A model generated the notes under the pieces. That model did not search any database, was not told where the DNA came from, and saw only the letters and a list, made by a program, of their open reading frames with translations. Positions 57,815-64,000 of a stretch of 64,000 nt of DNA are shown piece after piece. The stretch spans positions 9,803 through 73,802 of the forward strand of contig JAAYEC010000045.1 in the NCBI GenBank assembly GCA_012728915.1. The letters are read 5' to 3'. This DNA comes from Deltaproteobacteria bacterium (GTDB lineage Bacteria > Desulfobacterota > Syntrophia > Syntrophales > UBA2192). A program made the position numbers and the translations under genes. Every line of letters begins with the position of its first letter. Position 1 is the first letter of the stretch.

Positions 57815-59161
57815 TCACTTCCCTTTCAGGAGGGCGTGCTCCTTTTTGATTCGGGCAAGAAGGTCCGGCTGGGTCAAGAGATCCAGGGCCACGCTGGCTT
57901 CGACCTTGGCGGCCACGACGAGGGCGCTCTTGCCGAGCTCGCTCACGGAGGCGTCGGCGAATTCCTGGCTGTGCCCGGGGCAGCCGGCGCGGGCGCTCTT
58001 GACCCGCAGCTCCAGCGACGGGATATTGAAGCTGACCGTGCCGAAGTCCGTCGACCCGGCGGTGGTCTCCGGGCAGGGGTCCGCCTCCTCGGGGTCTGCG
58101 GCTCCGTACTGCTTGGCGTAATGAAAGGCGAGCCTTTCGAGCGTCTCCACGTGGATCCGGTTGTCATACCGTCCCTGCGGGGTGATCGTCACCTCCGTGC
58201 CGGTCATCAGCGTGGCGCCCTTGACCACGTCCATCACCCGTTTGACCTGCATGTCCAGGTAGGGGCGCTGGAAGTGTCGGATGAACCAGACGGTGGCCGC
58301 CCGCTCGGGAACGATGTTGGGCGCCGCCCCGCCGTCGGTGATCACCCCGTGCATGCGCGTGCCGGGCTCGGAGTGTTCCCGCAGGGCGTCGATGCCGTTG
58401 AACATAAGGATAACCGCGTCAAGGGCCGATTTCCCCTCCCAGGGCTTGGATGACGCATGGGAGGGCTTCCCCTTGAAGACAAATTCGAACGCGTCGAGGG
58501 CCATGCCCGACGGGCCGGCCTTCCGGTAGGTCGTCCTGTCCCCGCCATGGAACATGATCGCGGCGTCAACCTCCTTGAAACAGCCTGAGTCGTACATGAT
58601 CGCCTTCACCGGCGGGGGGATTTCCTCCGCCGGCGTCCCCCAGACGACCAGCCGCCCCGGGATCTTCCGGGCCTTCATCACCTCCGCCAGGGCCACCGCC
58701 GCACCAATGCCGATGGGGCCCTGCATGTTGTGCTGGCAGCCGTGGAACGCCTTGCCTCCGGGCCCCCGCAGGGCATCGTACTCCACCAGGAATGCAATCG
58801 TGGGACCGCCCTCCTGACCCGGGTAGGTGGCCTTGAAAACCGTCGGCAGGGTCTTCATCTTCCAGGCTTTCTCCAGGATCGGTTCCCAGGAGTCGGCGAT
58901 CTTGTTCAGGCCGGTTTCCACCTTCCATCCTTTTTTCTTCAGGTACCCGGTCAGCATTTCGACCGCCCGGGTCTCCTTGTGCCCGCTTTCCGGATTTCGG
59001 TAGAGCCACTCGCTCATCTGCAGAAGATCCCCCTTCATGGCCTCGACCTTCTGCACAACCATCTGCCGGCTGTCCTGGGCCATGGCCGTCCCAGCGAGCG
59101 CCAGGACCAGCAGGCATGCCAGACACCCCACCGCTGCTTCTCTCAACGCGGTTTTATTCAT
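57815..59161 (-). CDS. Secreted M20-family metallo-amidohydrolase/peptidase (AbgB-like)
   Basis: ATG 59161 follows GAGGGGG and gives the signal peptide MNKTALREAAVGCLACLLVLALAGTAMAQD. M20 features ..AFLVEYDALRG.., ..VVWGTPAEE.., ..MFHGGD... Confidence 0.7.
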   Translation of the reverse strand: MNKTALREAAVGCLACLLVLALAGTAMAQDSRQMVVQKVEAMKGDLLQMSEWLYRNPESGHKETRAVEMLTGYLKKKGWKVETGLNKIADSWEPILEKAWKMKTLPTVFKATYPGQEGGPTIAFLVEYDALRGPGGKAFHGCQHNMQGPIGIGAAVALAEVMKARKIPGRLVVWGTPAEEIPPPVKAIMYDSGCFKEVDAAIMFHGGDRTTYRKAGPSGMALDAFEFVFKGKPSHASSKPWEGKSALDAVILMFNGIDALREHSEPGTRMHGVITDGGAAPNIVPERAATVWFIRHFQRPYLDMQVKRVMDVVKGATLMTGTEVTITPQGRYDNRIHVETLERLAFHYAKQYGAADPEEADPCPETTAGSTDFGTVSFNIPSLELRVKSARAGCPGHSQEFADASVSELGKSALVVAAKVEASVALDLLTQPDLLARIKKEHALLKGK

Positions 59162-59201
59162 TCGCTGCCCCCTCTCTGAAATTGTGCCGCTAAATTGGCT
59201 G

Positions 59202-59230
59202 CTTGTACAACTTCCTGCAAAGAATGTCAA
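59202..59230 (-). promoter_or_regulatory. Candidate sigma70 promoter for the M20 hydrolase gene
   Basis: The minus strand reads TTGACA (59230-59225), a 17-nt spacer, then TACAAG (59207-59202), about 40 nt upstream of ATG 59161. Confidence 0.4.
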
Positions 59231-59409
59231 TTTGGATCCGGGCCCGGGCGCAGCGCCGGGGACAGCGCGGACACTCCCGGGCTGCGGCCCGCATTGATCG
59301 AATTCCCCCTCGATCCTCCTCTTTCAAAGGGGAAGCCTTCGGCATCCCTCCTTTGAAAAGAACCGCTGGCGGCGGAGCTCGTCTCCCCGCCGCCCGGTTC
59401 GGGAAGACG

Positions 59410-59440
59410 ATAAGAAAAGCGGGGCTGCTCCGGCCCCGCT
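59410..59440 (-). terminator. Rho-independent terminator after the CoA-transferase fragment
   Basis: The minus strand reads AGCGGGGC-CGGAGCA-GCCCCGCT followed by TTTCTTAT. Confidence 0.55.
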
Positions 59441-59476
59441 CTCCCTGTTTATTCTCCGATCCCCGGGATCCTGCTC

Positions 59477-60631
59477 TCAGGCAGCCCCCTGGGGCTTCAT
59501 CGAACCCGTCTCGTTGTACCGCACGTGCCAGCTGTAGGCCTCGTCGAGCAGCATGGGGATGTGCCCGCCCACTTTCTTCTGGGCGCGCCTGAAGTAGTCC
59601 CACAGCATGTCCTTGTAATCCGGGTGGGCGCAGTTCTCGATGATGACGGGAACCTTCTCCCTCGGGTCGAGGCCGCGCAGGTCCGCAAGGCCCTGGTCCG
59701 TAACGATGATGTGGATCTCGTGCTCCGTATGGTCGTAGTGGGTCACGTGGGGCACGACGCGGGAGATGGCTCCCTTCTTGGCCGCCGCCGGCGTCAGGAA
59801 GACGACGAGCCCCGAGTTGCGGGAGAAGTCCCCGGAGCCGCCGATGCCGTTGACCATCGTGGAGCCGAAGGTGTGGGTCGAGTTGGCGTTGCCGTAGATG
59901 TCCACCTCGAGGGCGGTGTTCATGGCGATATTGCCGATCCGGCGGGCGATCTCGGGGTTGTTGCTGATCTCCTGGGGCCGCAGGACGATCTTTTCGCGGT
60001 AGGTCATGATGTTTCGGTAGAACCGCTGGAGCCCTTCCGGCGAGGGGGACAGCGACGTGCCGGAGACGGCGTTGAGCTTGCCGGCGTCGATGAGATCGAA
60101 CATGGCGTCCTGGATGACCTCCGTCCAGACCCTCAGGTTCTTGTAGTCGCTCTCCACGAGGCCCGCCATGACGGCGTTGGCCACGTTGCCCACCCCTGAC
60201 TGCAGGGGCGGCAGCGTCTCGCCGTATTCCTTTTCGAAGAACCGGATCAGGTGCCGCGCCATGGCCTTGGACTGCTCGTCGATCGCGCCGAGCGGCCGGG
60301 TCTTGTCGCCGATGTCGCAGGGCACGACGGCCACGATCTTGCGCGGGTCGCAGGGCATGTAGATCGTCCCGATGCGCTGGTTGACGTCCGTAATCGGCAG
60401 GGGATGCCGCGCCGGCGGGTCGGCGGGGATGAAGATGTCGCTCATCCCAACGAGTTCCATGGGCTGGCTCGTGTTGACCTCGATGATGACCTTCTCGGCC
60501 TGCTGCAGGAAGGTCGGCGAGTTGCCGACCGAGGTGGACGGGATGATCCCGCCGTTTTCCAGGATGCAGACGGCCTCGACGATGGCCACGTCCATCTTGC
60601 CGAGAAAGCCGTAGCGCAGCTGCTGGGCCAT
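59477..60631 (-). pseudogene. 5'-truncated acetyl-CoA hydrolase/transferase-family gene (succinate/propionate CoA-transferase, ScpC/AarC-like)
   Basis: The 384-aa ORF starts at MAQQLRYGFLGKMDVAIVEA.., which aligns from memory to about residue 115 of ~500-aa family members. An in-frame TAG lies 3 codons upstream, and only ~90 nt separate it from the divergent gene. Confidence 0.6.
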
Positions 60632-60721
60632 CTGGCTCTAGGACAGCTGCCGGCAATGACCCGGCGCGGCCCCCGAAGAGGGTGGGCATTCATTTAACCG
60701 TACGAAGGAGGTTTTTTTACG

Positions 60722-60865
60722 ATGGAGATGGACAATTTTACATTCGGCATCACGATGCTGGTGGCCGGGATGGGGGGCACACTGGCCACCCTGGGACTTT
60801 TGAGCCTGATGATGGCCGGCCTGGGCAAGCTCTTCCCGTACAAGGAAGAGGGGAAGGAGGACTAG
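60722..60865 (+). CDS. Na+-translocating decarboxylase small membrane subunit (OadG/GcdD-like)
   Basis: Not in the ORF track (47 codons). ATG 60722 lies 9 nt after GAAGGAGG and gives MEMDNFTFGITMLVAGMGGTLATLGLLSLMMAGLGKLFPYKEEGKED, with a single TM segment. Confidence 0.65.
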   Translation: MEMDNFTFGITMLVAGMGGTLATLGLLSLMMAGLGKLFPYKEEGKED

Positions 60866-60869
60866 GGCC

Positions 60870-62018
60870 ATGATGGAAGCAATCATTGCCGGGTTGGGCG
60901 GACTGGTCATCGGCTTCAAGCTTTTGTTTGTCAACTGGCAGAACCTGATCATGCTGGGCGTGGGCGGGGTTCTTTTGTGGCTGGGCATCAAGAAGGACTG
61001 CGAGCCCCTTTTGCTGGTCCCCATCGGGTTCGGCTGCTTGCTGGTCAACGTGCCCCTGTCGGACGTCATGCTCAAGGACGGTTTTGTGAGGACGATCTAT
61101 GACGCGGGCGTCGACACGGAGCTCTTCCCGCTGCTCATTTTCATCGGCATCGGGGCGATGACGGACTTCGGGCCGGTGCTGGCACAGCCCTACACGTTCT
61201 TGCTGGGGGCGGCGGGGCAGTTCGGGATCTTTCTGACGCTGATCCTGGCCCTGTACATCGGATTTCCGAAGCTCGACGCGGTCTCCATCGGTGTCATCGG
61301 GGCCTGCGACGGTCCGACGGCGATCTACGTGACCTCGAAGTATGCCCCGCATCTTTTGGGGGCGGTGGCCGTGGCGGCCTACTCGTACATGTCGCTGGTT
61401 CCGGTCATCCAGCCGCCGATCATGAGGGCACTGACGACTGACAAGGAAAAGAAGACGGTGATGAAGTTCACGGCCAAGCCCGTCTCGAAGACCACGAAGC
61501 TGCTCTTTCCCATCGTGATCACGGTGGTGGGGGGCTGCATCGCCCCGAAGGGGCTTCCGCTGCTGGCGACGATCATGCTGGGCAACCTGATGAAGGAGTC
61601 CGGGGTGGTGGCGCGGCTCACAGGAGCGGCCGAGAACGAGATCGCCAACGTGGTGACGCTGTTCCTGGGACTCTGCATCGGGGCGACGATGGCGGGTCCG
61701 GCCTTCATCCGGGCCGAGACGCTGATCGTGCTGGGGCTGGGTTTTCTGGCCATCATCCTGGACACGGTCTGCGGGGTTCTGTTCGGCAAGGTGCTCTACG
61801 TGCTGACGGGCGGCAAGATCAACCCGCTGATCGGCGCGGCGGGGATTTCTGCCTTCCCGATGGCAGCCCGCGTGGTGCAGAAGGTGGGCTCGCAGTACAA
61901 CAAGAAGAGCTACCTCCTGATGCACGCCATGGGGGCCAACGCCGGCGGGCAGATCGGCTCGGTGATCGCCGCGGCCGTCATGCTCTCCGTGTTGGCCGGT
62001 ATGGGGGTGATCCGCTAA
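60870..62018 (+). CDS. Na+-translocating decarboxylase beta subunit (OadB/MmdB/GcdB family)
   Basis: 382 aa, polytopic; ..GACDGPTAIY.., ..GNLMKESGVV.., ..GISAFPMAARVVQ.. are typical of the family. Confidence 0.9.
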   Translation: MMEAIIAGLGGLVIGFKLLFVNWQNLIMLGVGGVLLWLGIKKDCEPLLLVPIGFGCLLVNVPLSDVMLKDGFVRTIYDAGVDTELFPLLIFIGIGAMTDFGPVLAQPYTFLLGAAGQFGIFLTLILALYIGFPKLDAVSIGVIGACDGPTAIYVTSKYAPHLLGAVAVAAYSYMSLVPVIQPPIMRALTTDKEKKTVMKFTAKPVSKTTKLLFPIVITVVGGCIAPKGLPLLATIMLGNLMKESGVVARLTGAAENEIANVVTLFLGLCIGATMAGPAFIRAETLIVLGLGFLAIILDTVCGVLFGKVLYVLTGGKINPLIGAAGISAFPMAARVVQKVGSQYNKKSYLLMHAMGANAGGQIGSVIAAAVMLSVLAGMGVIR

Positions 62019-62206
62019 GGGCAGGCGTGAGGCGAAGGGCGCAGGGCGAAGGGCTGAAGATAAAGGCAAGAGCCCTACAGCCTTTTTTCTATGATGCCGC
62101 CCCCGCGCAGGCGGGAGCCCGCGAGAAGAGGGTAACAGGTCAGAGCTTGAACACTCAAGGCCGTTTGTCCTGGGCCGTAAGCCCTTAGCCATAAGCCTTG
62201 AGCCAA
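62014..62206. repeat. Heptad-periodic inverted array element (copy E) between the beta-subunit and biotin-carrier genes
   Basis: TAAGGGC AGGCGTG AGGCGAA GGGCGCA GGGCGAA GGGCTGA .. then a T6 run, a GC hairpin, then GGCCGTA AGCCCTT AGCCATA AGCCTTG AGCCAAG. GCTAAGGGC (62014-62022, including the stop codon) is complementary to GCCCTTAGC (62181-62189). Confidence 0.7.
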
Positions 62207-62236
62207 GACTATATAAAGAAAGGAGGTAAGACCCCA

Positions 62237-62452
62237 ATGGCAATCGACGTAGTGGCTCCCATGCCCGGCACGATCAAGGAGATCATCGTGAAGGCCGGCG
62301 ATGCCGTCAAGGAGGACGAGGAACTCGTCATCCTCGAGGCCATGAAGATGGAGAACCCCATCGTGGCCCCGGGCAACGGCACGGTAAAGGAGATCAAGGT
62401 AAAAGAAGGGGACAAGGTCAACACCAGCCAAGTCCTCGTCGTACTGGGATAA
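62237..62452 (+). CDS. Biotin carboxyl carrier subunit (GcdC/MmdC/OadA-C-terminal-like biotinyl domain)
   Basis: ATG 62237 follows AAGGAGG. 71 aa with the biotinyl-lysine motif ..LEAMKMEN... Confidence 0.9.
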   Translation: MAIDVVAPMPGTIKEIIVKAGDAVKEDEELVILEAMKMENPIVAPGNGTVKEIKVKEGDKVNTSQVLVVLG

Positions 62453-62458
62453 CCGGAT

Positions 62459-62493
62459 GCCGCCCCTGCCCGCCCCCGGGCTGGCAGGGCGGC
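62459..62493 (+). terminator. GC-rich hairpin after the biotin-carrier gene (weak terminator candidate)
   Basis: GCCGCCCCTGCC-N12-GGCAGGGCGGC, 11 bp with one bulge. No U-tract follows. Confidence 0.3.
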
Positions 62494-62652
62494 CCCGCTT
62501 GCGCACCGAGCGCTCTCATTCTCTCGTTTTTCCATCAGGCGCGCGGGCCGGTCCAAAAAAATCACTCAACGCGGTGGACATTTTTCATGAAATGCAATAG
62601 TGTTCCCCAATCGTTCGACACCCTGTCAGGAATCCACTAGGAGGGAAACAAA

Positions 62653-64000
62653 ATGGAATTTCTCGGCGTATCTCTGGCGGCCTGGATGTCCATCCTGGCC
62701 TTGGCAATCGTCATCATCATCAGCTGCGTGAACGAGGAGCTTCACGTCGGCAATCTGGCCATCGCCTTCGGCATCGTCGTGGGGGCGATCTTCATGAACA
62801 TGCCGGCATCGAAGGTCGTGATGACCTATCCCCTGAGCCTGTTCATGATCCTTGTCGGCGTGACCTTCATGTTCGGCATGGCCCAGGTCAACGGGACCCT
62901 GGGGAAGTTCACCAGCTACAGCATCCGCCTGTGCGGCGGCAACATGATGCTGCTGCCCCTGATCATCTACCTGCTGACCATCCTCATCACCACGATCGGC
63001 CCGGGCAACATCGCAGGCGTCGCCCTTCTGGCGCCCATCACGATGGCCATCGCGGGCCAGGTGGGCATGTCGGCCTTCTGCATGACCCTCATCGTCGTCG
63101 GGGCGGCCAACTCGGCCTGCTTCTCGCCGTTTGCCCCCACGGGGATCATCTCGCACGGTCTCGTGGAGAAGATGGGACCGCAGATCCCCGACCTCTTCGC
63201 GAAGTACACGATCAACGAGATCGACTGGAAGGTCTACTTCAACTCCATTGTCGCCCAGGGCATCGCCGTCATCCCCGGCTTCCTGATCTTCGGCGGCTGG
63301 AAGTGGATGATGCAGCACAAGGGCAAGACGGTCGACATCAACACGATCGCCCCGAAGCCCGAGCCCTTCACGAAGGAGCAGTGGTTCACCGTGACCTGCA
63401 TCTTCGTCCTGATCTTCCTGGTCGTCGTCCCGGCCCTCCCCGGGATGAAGCCCCTCTTCCCCAAGTGGCTCCTCCTGATGTCCTCCAACGTGGGCACCAT
63501 CGCCTTCGTGCTGGCGGGTTTCATGATGCTCTTCGGCGCGGCCGACAGCAAGGCCGCCATCAAGTCGATGCCCTGGTTCGTCATCCTGATGGTCTGCGGC
63601 GTGACCGTCCTCATCGAGATCATGGAGCGCTCGGGCGGTCTCAAGGCGATGACGCAGGCCATCGCGGCCTTCTCGGGCCCCACGACGGTGCACTTCTGGC
63701 TGGGTCTCGTCACGGGTGTCATCTCGGCCTACTCGAGCTCCTCCGGCGTCGTCATGCCGGCCTTCCTGCCGCTCGTGCCGGGTCTCATGAAGCTGGTCCC
63801 CGGCGCCGATGCGGTCGGCATGATCTCCTCGATCAACGTGGGCGCCCACCTCGTCGACGCCTCGCCGCTCTCCACGCTCGGGGCGCTCTGCATCGCCTGC
63901 GCCGCCGAGCACGAGAACAAGCAGAAGCTTTTCCGCGACCTGCTGATCTGGGGGCTCTCGATGTCTATCGTCGGCGCCATCATCTGCTGGCTGTTCTTCG
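62653..64000 (+). CDS. Anion/dicarboxylate permease of the ion-transporter (IT) superfamily (CitMHS/ArsB-NhaD/MatC-like); 3' end outside window
   Basis: Not in the track because there is no stop in the window. ATG 62653 follows GGAGGGA and the frame stays open to 64000. Polytopic; hairpin-type motifs ..AANSACFSPFAPTG.. and ..HLVDASPLSTLGAL... Confidence 0.75.
   Translation, partial: MEFLGVSLAAWMSILALAIVIIISCVNEELHVGNLAIAFGIVVGAIFMNMPASKVVMTYPLSLFMILVGVTFMFGMAQVNGTLGKFTSYSIRLCGGNMMLLPLIIYLLTILITTIGPGNIAGVALLAPITMAIAGQVGMSAFCMTLIVVGAANSACFSPFAPTGIISHGLVEKMGPQIPDLFAKYTINEIDWKVYFNSIVAQGIAVIPGFLIFGGWKWMMQHKGKTVDINTIAPKPEPFTKEQWFTVTCIFVLIFLVVVPALPGMKPLFPKWLLLMSSNVGTIAFVLAGFMMLFGAADSKAAIKSMPWFVILMVCGVTVLIEIMERSGGLKAMTQAIAAFSGPTTVHFWLGLVTGVISAYSSSSGVVMPAFLPLVPGLMKLVPGADAVGMISSINVGAHLVDASPLSTLGALCIACAAEHENKQKLFRDLLIWGLSMSIVGAIICWLFF

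Noticed and set aside
59190-59294. A small Cys-rich ORF on the minus strand (MRAAARECPRCPRRCARARIQIDILCRKLYKQPI) with a purine-rich stretch upstream.
   Set aside because: It overlaps the TTGACA-17-TACAAG promoter candidate of the M20 gene. It is the tail of a spurious long frame, and nothing supports translation.
59190-60689. The 499-aa minus-strand ORF overlapping the CoA-transferase gene. It could have supplied the missing N-terminus.
   Set aside because: It is in a different frame from the recognisable CoA-transferase sequence and has Arg/Pro/Gly-rich composition. No frameshift joins it sensibly to the family's N-terminal domain.
62583-62592. The perfect 10-bp palindrome TTTCATGAAA about 60 nt upstream of the permease gene, next to a TGGACA-17-TAGTGT promoter-like pair.
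   Set aside because: It is short and AT-rich, easily arises by chance in an AT-richer spacer, and matches no known operator consensus.

Overview
Visibly GC-rich bacterial chromosomal segment; GC content was not computed. The organism is diderm, since LptD is present. The gene content (EF-P lysylation genes, Na+-decarboxylase subunits, AmmeMemoRadiSam genes) suggests an anaerobic Desulfobacterota/deltaproteobacterium-like organism, at low confidence.

The core, about 20.5-52.0 kb and all on the minus strand, is one uninterrupted translation/transcription super-cluster. In order it holds tRNA-Thr/Tyr/Gly/Thr, rpmG, tRNA-Trp, secE-nusG, rplKAJL, rpoBC, rpsLG-fusA-tuf, the S10 and spc operons, secY-map-infA-rpmJ, rpsMKD-rpoA-rplQ.

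The left flank carries:
- typA and ychF
- an orphan TRAP binding protein
- a LysM-YkuD-SPOR L,D-transpeptidase
- a four-gene operon of unknown role
- epmB-efp-epmA
- two hypothetical genes
- cysS, argC and rpsI-rplM
- lptD and folC

The right flank carries:
- AmmeMemoRadiSam A/B genes
- gap-tpiA-secG and tRNA-Leu
- a homospermidine-synthase-like gene
- a secreted M20 hydrolase
- a 5'-truncated CoA-transferase gene
- a partial Na+-translocating decarboxylase cluster
- a permease that runs off the window

I found no CRISPR array, no rRNA, no transposase or integrase, and no recognisable defence system.

The most unusual signal is a family of at least five intergenic elements. Each is built from opposed tandem arrays with strict 7-nt periodicity: GGC-type heptads followed by GCC-type heptads. 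Several abut stop codons, including one that fills the rpoB-rpoC spacer.

Many long track ORFs antisense to real genes are GC-driven artefacts. Hand-located coordinates (tRNAs, hairpins, promoters, revised starts) may be off by 1-2 nt.
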